Assembly (NCBI GenBank): GCA_905181715.1
Contig: CAJIYT010000009.1
Location: forward strand, 2,146-66,145
DNA length: 64,000 nucleotides
Reading direction: 5' to 3'
DNA from: an uncultured Candidatus Poseidoniales archaeon
Lineage (GTDB): Archaea; Thermoplasmatota; Poseidoniia; Poseidoniales; Poseidoniaceae
In this document: positions 11,601 through 19,600 of the stretch, in pieces
How positions within the stretch are numbered: position 1 is the stretch's first letter
Layout: every line of letters starts with the position of its first letter
Notes under the pieces: model-generated
Told to the model about the DNA's origin: nothing
Databases searched by the model: none
What the model saw: only the letters and a program-made list of their open reading frames with translations
Translations under genes and position numbers: made by a program

Positions 11601-14600
11601 AGAAGCGATAATCAAACAGGCATGACTTGGAATTATACTGAATCTGCTTGGGTTAACGGAACTGTTTATCTCCCAGCAGCTGATACAGACCTTGCCAATC
11701 TCACTAGTGTCAATTTCGATAGCAACAAGTTCGAAACTGCATCTACCTCTTTATTCATTCACTTCCGTTCAGGAAATATCGATCTTGAGACAGTAACTAA
11801 TATCACTGGTGCTTTCTCGATGAGGCTACCAGTGGATCGAGCATTCCACGTCACTGCAATTGACTCATTTTCGAAAGCTAGCACTGGTGTTCTATTGACT
11901 GATGCTTCTGACGGTATTTATCATAACGATATTCCAAATGTGCTTTTCCTTACGCCAACAGCGCAGGTTTCTGGCAAGGTGAGTTTAAGAAATGAAAGTA
12001 TCTCCTGGGATTCAGCAATTCCTGGCTGGGAACCAGTTGAGATAATTGCAGTAAATGAGGATGGCCTTGAGTGGAGAGAAGCGATAACTATCAATGGTGA
12101 CTTCCTCTTCGATCTACAACCAGGTTCATGGGATTTCAGTCTTTCAACTGTTGAAATGAATACATCGAGTTACTCCGATTTAGTCATCAACAAATCTGGA
12201 AATAATGAATTGAACTTCATTGCTGAACCAGCTAATATTTCAGTGACGCTAAGAGTATACCTCGATCACGCAGATGAGAGAAGTTGGGAGAATGGAACCG
12301 CAGTTCAACCTGATATTAGCCTAGTGCCAACCACTGCGCATGGTATAGGTGTCAACTTTACTGCAGCAGATTACAATCTAGATGGTGAATTAATTGTCAA
12401 TATCTCGATTGGAAGTTATACTGTAGAAATCGATTACTTTGACGCAAATGATGAAAATGCCACAGATTATTCCTCATTACCTCTTGATGTAATGCCCGGA
12501 TTAGATGTCAGTCTTAATGCTGATGTAGAAGCCTTCGAAGTTGCTCTTGAACCAAGATGGCTGGTTAATGGAATTATCGTCGAGGATGATAATAGCACAC
12601 CTCTGACTAATCAACCAATCTGGTACTTGGATGTAAATGACGAATCGAACTATGGTAATATCTTGCCCGATGAAAACGGTAGCTTTTCGGCATATGTTCC
12701 GCAAGGGGATTTTGTCTTTATGATCCATTCCTTCATCAGTAATTCAACCAACATCTCAGAGATTTATCGTACGAGTATTGTTATCGATGAGGATTCAAGT
12801 ACTCGCACAGGTCTGCACTTTAGAACAATGCCTGTAATGCAGGTGAACTTAACACTAAAGCAGAACATAACTGATGTTCTAATTACTGACTTCTGGGGAC
12901 TTGAAGCAGTCAGTTTGGATGGACTTGGGAATGTAAGTGCTAACTTTACCGACGCGACGACTGGCAGTGTTGTTATCGATGTACTACCCGGGAATTGGAC
13001 CCTTTACTTGAATCACATGTCTGATGGTAGTGACCCAACTATACGTGAGAAATTACTGCTTGAAGAAGGAGTGATTAATTTCTCTACTGCAGATGCAGTT
13101 AATGGAGTTGTAGAACTTGGTGATGTCATGGTAGACCTCACCGTCGAAATCAATGGTAAAGTCTACTGGAAGACCGATACCAATGAAGGAATACCTGCAG
13201 TTAATGTCACCATTGTCGGTGGAATTATCAATGAGACAGTTGAAACTGATTCCAATGGATTTTGGAGCAAATATGTGCCTATTTACCAAACATACAATGT
13301 TTCAGCTTCCAAGTTTGGATTCGACTCTGTTTACTACAATACAGATAATGTGAGTGGTATCATAGTAGAGAATGTGACTTTGAATCAGGATCTTGAAATG
13401 GTTGCTGGTTTGGTGAGTGTTTCTGGAAATGTCACTGATTTGATCGATGCAACACGTCTTGATGGTGCCAGCATAACGCTATATCCGGAAGTTGGTGTTG
13501 AAAGAGATTCAATAGAGATTACAGGTGCTCTTAATGCAGGAGTTCTAAGTTGGAGCGCAGATGTAACTCCCGGTAATTGGGTTGTTGTCGTTCTTGAGGC
13601 TAACCCCGGACCAAATGGTGGCGGAGTTGCTATTGGATTACTAGATGCATCGATTAGTGCAGGTGGTAGTCTCGAATTAGAAATGAGTCAAGGTGGTAGG
13701 GTTGAAGTCTCTACTTCTTGGACTGATTTCGAATTACAAGAACGAAATGCGTCTGATTCAATGATTGAGGAGCCAGTGCTTATCTTGGTCGATATAGGTG
13801 ATGAGCAATCATGGAATCTAGATCTAGATGACAAGGGCGAACTCGACTTGATATTACCAATCGGAAGCGTCACATTATCTGCAGAGTTTTCGACAGTTGA
13901 GCATGACTTAGCCTTGACAATGAACTACACTGGTGCCAAAAGCGGACAAGTTCTCGATGATCCATTGGATCTCACCCTTCAATTCAACCGCAGGGTCGTT
14001 AGTGATTTGAATTTGAACATTACTGCAGTCAAAGACTTGACAGCAGTAATAGTCGATGGCAATATGACGATTTTGCAAGCGATTGAGGATGGTAGTGGAT
14101 ATTCTGTTATTGAAGTTGATATTACAGTTGACTATGATGGTAACCAAATCAGCGATACCTTTAGTGCAAGTGGTAGTGTTTCTGGTCAAGATGGGTCCAA
14201 GTGGGCAATTCAATTCCAAAACGGTAGTGCTGATGAATGGATTGATGATCTTGACATAGTCCTCGGAGTTGGAATGAATAGTACTGATACCAATCAAGTA
14301 TTGCAAATGGTAATCAAGGCTAAAATCATCTTGCCTGCACAAAACGAGACATTTGTATTCGAATTAGGTGCTGGGCATGATGTAATGTTTGAATTTACTA
14401 CTGGTTCAGCAATGAGTAATTTGCTCCTCAATGTATCAGTTCCACAGAATTATTCTATCGCTTTAGATGATATTCCAAGTTCAATTGGAGTGGCGGATAA
14501 TGGCCTTCCTGGAAAGACATTCAGTGTTACCGTGGTCAACAACGGTAATGGTCCAGAAAGCATAGACATCGGGGCAATTCTGCCACAGAACTGTGTGGAT

Positions 14601-15233
14601 GATCAATGGAAGATAGAACCGTCGCCAACGACAATTGATGTTGAACCACGTGCTACTGGAAGTCAGAAATTCACTGTTTATAGCCCAACTTCTGGTGCAC
14701 AAGTGGAAAGTTGTCTGATAACTGTTCAGGCTCAGTCTGAAGAATTTGGTTCGGCTTCGATATCGGGAAGTGTTACTGCACGTATTGCAGTTGCAGATCT
14801 ATCAATTGCAACCAACACTATCACTCCATTAGAATCTGAGTCGGTCGCAGGCGAGGCTGGGTCTTTCATGATTCCAGTAAAGAACGCAGGATTCCTTGAT
14901 GCCATTGGTATCGAGATTACTCTGGTTGGAACAGATGGAACTGAATACGTCTCCAAGCTTGTCGTACTCACCGTACCTGCTGAGAGCACAGTAAATGCCG
15001 AGTTCACATACGAAGGCTTTGAAGTTGGACCAAAAAGATTTGAGGTATCCATAAATCCGAGCGGTACACCAGTAGCTAGTCAGCCTGAGAATCAGACCTT
15101 CAGCCGTGAATTCGCTAACATAGCAGTTGGTGACGAAAGTAATTTTGTCCCGATTGTTGTTGCAATTCTGGGATTGCTAATACTATTCGGTGGATATAAG
15201 GTTGCTCGCACTGGTAGTAAGAAGAGATTCTGA
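5670..15233 (+). CDS. aglB: Giant STT3/AglB oligosaccharyltransferase with extra N-terminal membrane region and ~1700 aa of C-terminal beta-sandwich (carboxypeptidase-regulatory/Ig/CARDB-like) domains plus a C-terminal TM helix
   Basis: DPWY (nt 6894), DHD (7242), TIAE (7866), SWWDYG (8541-8558) and DNFQ STT3 motifs; many TM helices. Confidence 0.9.
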   Translation: MERESGDQNGTSKALLGLLIAPLAVLLALAANWIGGFGLSLDTDGMFPLLAVAGAAMIGIAPRILREKQILTLSSQRVSLIALAVTAILAKAVQMTGDSNILALLVFITMFGVQALDGKSRHEWATILTFTSVGFVLAMAAGAYYGANQVSDYTVYSNDAPSIYNRINALREGMAFVFFTMWTIMIILGLLVAVLARGVLNPESKDGWFGHISPLKGKWNKTTLPLQIALLVWASAHAATLWFMNSVTDADRLGMVYEEGYHGYIGFWPALLTGIIALIVSYMVAERWFTRAMMTTAMWILYQVSAWYDAGLWENDNFEGAWAVWIWFGITFALGVVIYWFSTHEKYGGWMNREIHDPSGARKFWSAHWAGIMIFSAFIIGLAIRIQWYAVPSMNAYGTATWDMTGGSDPWYMKRVVDYILAQNAHLIVDADRSYPLGGINPRPPLFTWSLAIGAMILTSLLQIPVGDAAWWSMLALPAIFGAFIIFPIASMAKDHFGKGAGVIAAWLIAFMPSHVTHSTWGLADHDSFVLLFLSAGFMYYLRAVKHGGDERLSKRISAKPISLFNAVVTVFEKRPRAVANAIAAGVCIGLVALGWKGFVYGPAIIFLTYSIQVALNMFKRRDSTIITTLNLVMLGVIFLMTIPFYAHPQMDLVWNSTGLQPLIFIAIFTLAIGFITTGFRDKPWLLVLGTLFVGGTIFLSLLAMLQYFELSNSWNVLTTGSGYFTKNKIFGTIAEASAPNRGMLFASFGPIVFILSLSMGIIAIWEGLKQKQQVRLVLGMWVLIASYMAWSAGRFVFNASPAMAVLGAWGVVSLWSYSGAGSLLKEWRRLGIRTPGDRISGARKALWRTPQFSAIGMIMVILVSQHATYGLDSAIPGSSEHESGIDEDIYNVIPGLLRWNQLGFSLLDDSDYENSGGRWYLGSFGSGFNDEGWNRAYDWLSQQDANVSYSDKPAFVSWWDYGFQALDNGEHPSVSDNFQSGIPSTGNMLLARNQDDLVAMFIWQLGKGDVSYNYHNGGGLSFTSYFENSMVNHLGQETFDIIESIQTSEDSATTSVHAFKVIQTNDNLVIAEGQNLVDGLVSTSGENVFRIYEDGIIVPCDSDTATTCDGDSWTSFDSANSSFNYKVRTSRDTTYENTHYIFGDYWYTNDLVDEFNSVSTHIHRDNARLATVTQILTNSLDSEGLNDLYADLMDNRVYTVQDHEGAPGETITRNHEIRYFAVDHRLYPKAGRYNADENFNGGNPTGIFTAPTILSGQDFTTFMSEVYETVRGEFPDEMTRAEFDDAMQKDYINQQSGSDIDPLQLSDVRIDHKAEFFKTMVARTYVGYGASTLGVDTVGMNPQPGLHIGTSGSPNTFLTNALPMPGAMMNHFVIANWYDNSSDNTLGSQVLRATSQVKILKYYSGAEISGTVEMAEGGQNLDGVRLLFERDAFSGEDETDRDSDNYWIPIGSTDADADGSYSFLAPAGKIRVSAYVGDFDPTADRLSITSGQFASGLSDVLVEDNDDRQTNAITAVLGQVSNMTWLGESVINVTGPQADRLEQITDPVDVLVSGTGIKGLLVWSGHEDFEGETLDGAEIILDNIWNTMANISLTSTSGAFSTDEVRIMAGSGEVIFDEPGTFTTSDGLGYVTNFTGNYTRLISEGRSYSANGTWTGAGTLVASWLNASGIITCENLDDIPVMPENETICSTSETDTYYLTGEVIANGRMTAEGVVTLRKELVGENFEGSGTFDGIGTINGTGQFIGSGYFSGDIVNPGSFYLSDLVPGEYQVTIVLPNSRKHVMDQSLTVPVSVLEADLSIPGFLFSDVLLMDDGTPVANQTMEIIDLTFGDTEFTSINTDENGNFSNGPMLPGEYYWRVDIDSDGLYDANETFAIYEGDDANVTLIEGMQIQYMTDVTVQLRAVDYSDGVTELLDVANRVVTFTNIDLGAGESVAQTFNVTANASGVLQVELTQGTWIASDDGDDLHVLWQEIEVRSDNQTGMTWNYTESAWVNGTVYLPAADTDLANLTSVNFDSNKFETASTSLFIHFRSGNIDLETVTNITGAFSMRLPVDRAFHVTAIDSFSKASTGVLLTDASDGIYHNDIPNVLFLTPTAQVSGKVSLRNESISWDSAIPGWEPVEIIAVNEDGLEWREAITINGDFLFDLQPGSWDFSLSTVEMNTSSYSDLVINKSGNNELNFIAEPANISVTLRVYLDHADERSWENGTAVQPDISLVPTTAHGIGVNFTAADYNLDGELIVNISIGSYTVEIDYFDANDENATDYSSLPLDVMPGLDVSLNADVEAFEVALEPRWLVNGIIVEDDNSTPLTNQPIWYLDVNDESNYGNILPDENGSFSAYVPQGDFVFMIHSFISNSTNISEIYRTSIVIDEDSSTRTGLHFRTMPVMQVNLTLKQNITDVLITDFWGLEAVSLDGLGNVSANFTDATTGSVVIDVLPGNWTLYLNHMSDGSDPTIREKLLLEEGVINFSTADAVNGVVELGDVMVDLTVEINGKVYWKTDTNEGIPAVNVTIVGGIINETVETDSNGFWSKYVPIYQTYNVSASKFGFDSVYYNTDNVSGIIVENVTLNQDLEMVAGLVSVSGNVTDLIDATRLDGASITLYPEVGVERDSIEITGALNAGVLSWSADVTPGNWVVVVLEANPGPNGGGVAIGLLDASISAGGSLELEMSQGGRVEVSTSWTDFELQERNASDSMIEEPVLILVDIGDEQSWNLDLDDKGELDLILPIGSVTLSAEFSTVEHDLALTMNYTGAKSGQVLDDPLDLTLQFNRRVVSDLNLNITAVKDLTAVIVDGNMTILQAIEDGSGYSVIEVDITVDYDGNQISDTFSASGSVSGQDGSKWAIQFQNGSADEWIDDLDIVLGVGMNSTDTNQVLQMVIKAKIILPAQNETFVFELGAGHDVMFEFTTGSAMSNLLLNVSVPQNYSIALDDIPSSIGVADNGLPGKTFSVTVVNNGNGPESIDIGAILPQNCVDDQWKIEPSPTTIDVEPRATGSQKFTVYSPTSGAQVESCLITVQAQSEEFGSASISGSVTARIAVADLSIATNTITPLESESVAGEAGSFMIPVKNAGFLDAIGIEITLVGTDGTEYVSKLVVLTVPAESTVNAEFTYEGFEVGPKRFEVSINPSGTPVASQPENQTFSREFANIAVGDESNFVPIVVAILGLLILFGGYKVARTGSKKRF

Positions 15234-15294
15234 CCGCTGAACAATTGGGCATAAGGTTCAAACGACCAATGCTCAACCTATTGTTGGTGGAGGC

Positions 15295-16530
15295 ATGGAC
15301 GATGATTTTGGGGATGTCGATTTCATCTCAGAACCTACGGATTCACACATATTGACTGCTGTTGATCCTTCGGTGAAGGGTCATCAAGAGGGCTGGCGTT
15401 CCGAGATAATGGGTTGGGCTCCTGCTCCGGCATCTCCCCTTCCCAGAGTTGCTCCTAACCAGAACCGAATAGTGAATATCTCAATATTCCTAATTCTACT
15501 ATTGGTCGTTTGGATGGTATGGCGTTCTCAAATCATCCAGGGGTTTGAGGGTCAACAAGAATCCTCGGAATGGGCGTTTGAAACTACAGGAGTACGTGCT
15601 CTTCAGGCCAAAGGCTTGACTGGTGCTGGAGTTTCGGTTTGTGTTGTTGACACTGGTCTTGATAGTACCCACCCTGATTTGGATCATCTATCATATACCT
15701 TTACTGATATATGGGGTACTTCAACGATTGCTGTCGATCACGGTAATCTCGCTCATGGTACTTTGATGATAGGTTTACTAGCTGCTGATGGTCATCAAAA
15801 AGGAATCTCACCAAATATCAGATTGGGTGTTGTGGCGGCACTTGGCGATGATGGAATGGGCAATAATAGTGGTTCAGAATCTATTGTCGCAGATGCAATC
15901 CGTTGGTGTTGGCAATCATTTGGAGCTGACATCATCTCTTTATCACTCGGAGGATTACAGGATCAGAATCAAACACGAGAAGGACAGAGTGTATCTGCTG
16001 TGCGCCAAGCGCTTGATAATGGCGTATATGTCGTTGCGGCAGTGGGTAATGATGGTGGTTCAACCGATGATGGATTGGTAGCCGTACCTGGTAATATCGA
16101 TCTGGTGATAACAGTTGGAGCGAGTGATAGCAGGGGTGAGATTTGGAATGGTTCATCTAGAGGTGCACAAATTGCCGATGATGGAACTGCTAGGTCGCAC
16201 CCAAATCAAAAGCCAGAGGTCGTGGCTCCTGGTGTTTCAGTTATTTCAACCGGTAATGATGGTAATTATTATGAATCAACAGGCAGTTCTATTTCCACTG
16301 TTTTCATAACTGGAATCCTCGCATTAATACTCGAGGATAACCCCCAGTTAAAACCTGGTGATAATACAAGAAATAGCGATTGCATCGAAGCTGTGAAGTG
16401 GGCATTGAAGAATTCCTCGGTAGCACTAATCGAGGGAATTGAGCATGATGACAACTGGGGATATGGAGCAGTTTCTGCCATTGCATGGGCGCAGGAGGTC
16501 GAAAACAATGATAATTGCTCCGTCGAATAA
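15295..16530 (+). CDS. S8 (subtilisin-like) serine peptidase with N-terminal membrane anchor
   Basis: VVDTG (Asp), HGT (His), AVGND (oxyanion Asn), KPEVVAPG, TGSS (Ser), WGYG; SD GGAGG. Confidence 0.9.
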   Translation: MDDDFGDVDFISEPTDSHILTAVDPSVKGHQEGWRSEIMGWAPAPASPLPRVAPNQNRIVNISIFLILLLVVWMVWRSQIIQGFEGQQESSEWAFETTGVRALQAKGLTGAGVSVCVVDTGLDSTHPDLDHLSYTFTDIWGTSTIAVDHGNLAHGTLMIGLLAADGHQKGISPNIRLGVVAALGDDGMGNNSGSESIVADAIRWCWQSFGADIISLSLGGLQDQNQTREGQSVSAVRQALDNGVYVVAAVGNDGGSTDDGLVAVPGNIDLVITVGASDSRGEIWNGSSRGAQIADDGTARSHPNQKPEVVAPGVSVISTGNDGNYYESTGSSISTVFITGILALILEDNPQLKPGDNTRNSDCIEAVKWALKNSSVALIEGIEHDDNWGYGAVSAIAWAQEVENNDNCSVE

Positions 16531-16660
16531 TGATATTATTTGCTAGATATGATATTATATGCCCTGCCAAGGCGATACTTTAAAGGCATATTGATACTAT
16601 TGATTCAGCAATTGGCATCAAACCTTATGTTCAGTACCATAGAGCACTCCTTTGAGTAGC

Positions 16661-19600
16661 ATGTTAGATCTAAGAATCTCACGAAGCCTAAGCCTAGTTG
16701 CATTGCTGTTATTGACCTCAGTTCTAGGTATGATACAGATACCCAATGCAAGTGCAGTCACGACCTCTGGTGAAATCACAACATCAGAGACCTGGACCGG
16801 TACTGTTAATCTTAATGGTAATCTTACGGTTGCAGAAGGTGCAAAACTGATAATTAACGCTGGAACGACTGTTAATATTCCTGCCGGTGATAGAATAATA
16901 GTCGAGGGTTCAATCTGTGCTGGCGATTCCTCATGTGGTGCATCGCCTGCTAGTACTGGCAATCCAATCCGTCTACGTTGGGCTACAGGGCCTGATGAAG
17001 GAACTGGGAATTGTTATGTCAACCCAATAAATAATCCTGATCCTTCTTGCGGTTCGGGTGTGTATCTCGATTATACAGTTGACCAAGCATTGACAAAGTT
17101 GAATTACGTTTTCTTTGAGAAGGCCTATGGTATTCCAGTCCAAGTTTCGCAAGGAACCTATCTTTATGCTGCATTGGTATTCAATGATGCTAGCATCGAT
17201 GCACGTGGATTGTCTTTTGAGGATATTAATACCACTAATGTTTTGGTTTTGAATTCAGCAGCGCCTACCATAAGCGATAGTACTTTCACCCTTGGCGTAG
17301 ATGGTCAGCAACGTCATGGTTCAGCTATTCAGGCCATCGGTGCAGGTAAGGGTATTCTTGGTAGTTTGACCATCAGAAATAGCGCATTTTCAGCACCTGC
17401 TGGTTCACCAAATGCTGATGCTGACTGTCAGAACGGACTATCAGCGATTTTTATTGAAAACTCCGACATAGAGATCGACACAATTACGGTTTCGGATAAT
17501 TCACACGGGGTATTTTTCAAAGCTAGTTCTGGACAATTGATTAACAGTAATTTCGATGTTACTTGCACTGCAATCGATACTAACTCATACAAGACTACTA
17601 CAGATGCATCATTTGTCATGTCTCTTAATAACAACAGCATTACCACTGAAGAAGGTGCAGGAATTACTGCTTATGATGGTGCAATAATCGTTGCAAATGA
17701 TAACACAATTTCAGGTGCAAGTGAATCCTCAGGCTTTGGCATCAGGGATTCTTTCGTGACTATCAATCGTAACGAAATCGGTCCGATTGGCGGTTGGAAT
17801 GGGTTATGGATTTATGGTGAATCAGATGTGATAGCACAAAATAATACATTTACAGACATTGCAAAGGAAGCGGTCTTAATTGGAGAGTATCACTACAAAG
17901 ACGGGGGCCCAGGATACAATCAAGAGCCAACAAAGTCACGTATTCACTTTGCTGATAATGACGTTAGCGGTATCAATGGCACCTGTACTTCATCCGGTAT
18001 GTATGGCGGAGATTTCCAATGTCCCGCATTACACGTATTCATGGCCAGTGCCTCCATTATCAACAATAATATCACTAGTAATTCTGGCGACGGAATAAGG
18101 GTTCTTGGAGGAATTGTCAATGTTCAAGATAATTATATTGAAGCAGGTGAATTTGCGGCTAGAATCTCTCAATTCGACGATAAATATGGCTCTAAGTATG
18201 GTAGCATTGGGTTTTTCAGTGGTAACGATTGGAGTTCAAATGTCGAACAGATATACAATGTCACTGAATCCAAAGTCGTTGTTCAATCTGAAACATTTGA
18301 TACGTTAGATTCGAATCCAGAACATACGGTTTGGCTCAAATGGGCTAGTCAGACCTGTGAAGAAAATGTCAATGCTTGCCTTAAAGTCCCACCTTCGAAG
18401 GAGTGGCCTCCTCGAGATATGCCAATTGCCATGGCAATGAAAGATAACGCTACGACTTTTACCTTCGCAGACCTCAACAATTTCGAGATTGGTGATGTTT
18501 ACATGCGTAATCAAGGTAGTGAATGGGGAGTTCAAATCGAAGAAGGCGAATTAGTTCGTTATCAAGTCAAAGCAAAGAACAGCCAAGTCGCTGGGGCGAC
18601 AGTGCGAATTATGGATTCTTTTGGTAAGGAATTATATGATCTTAAAACCGACCAATTTGGCTTCACTCAATGGGTTACTCTCGCCTCAAACTTCCATATC
18701 GATCACAATTGGAACCGTGTTTGGAACGAACCTGATTTATCAGCAAATTGGATCGCAGAGGATTCTTGTACGGATGCAATCGATAACGATGGCGATGGGG
18801 TCTCCGACGAACTCGACCCAGATTGTGCAGAAGGTAGTGGCACTCGTGAACTTTCGGTTTACCGAGTTGATGTAGATAAATTTGACAAGGGTCGCTCAAG
18901 CCAAATCTTTACTTTGTCTGGTTCTATTGATCAGGTGATAAACCTCGAAAACATGGCGCCTTCAGTAAGAGTTGATCAACTCGAAGACAAGTCCTTTGCA
19001 CGTATAATCTCACTAACAGGTAGTGCATGGGATGGTTTGCAATTCAATACCGATGGTACATATTTCAATGATGCGAATGCTACCGAGGCAATGTTTGGCA
19101 CTATTAATCGCGTAGAGATTCAGCCACATGGTAGTACTACATGGTACCTAGCTAAGGATGAATCAGGTGCTAATGGCCAGGTTAACAAGTCGAATTACCC
19201 CTTCAAACAATGGTCGTATGAACGAGATATGTCAGACCATTTCGAAGAGGATGTGACCTTTAGAATAAAATCATATGATGGCCTAGATGAATCACAAATA
19301 ACCACTAGAGTCTATCGTTTGAATATTAATCCTCCAACGACAATTGTAGATTCTCCTCAAAATGGTACAACGCACTCAGATGGTGAGGTGCGCTTTAGTG
19401 GCACATCTAGCGATGCATATCGCGGTGGAATCGATCTTGAAAAGGTATACTTCAAAATCGAAGGACCCAATGAATATAGTACTCTTACTTCGATTGAAGC
19501 TAGCACCTCTTGGGCTTATGACTGGAGTTATGGTGGTACCAATTTATACTCTGGAGAATATACCTTTACCATTTGGACATCAGATTCAAGTTATTGCCGT

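Noticed and set aside
5670-15233. Intein as the cause of AglB length
   Set aside because: No HN-C/S/T splice junction or LAGLIDADG motif recognised; the extensions are terminal
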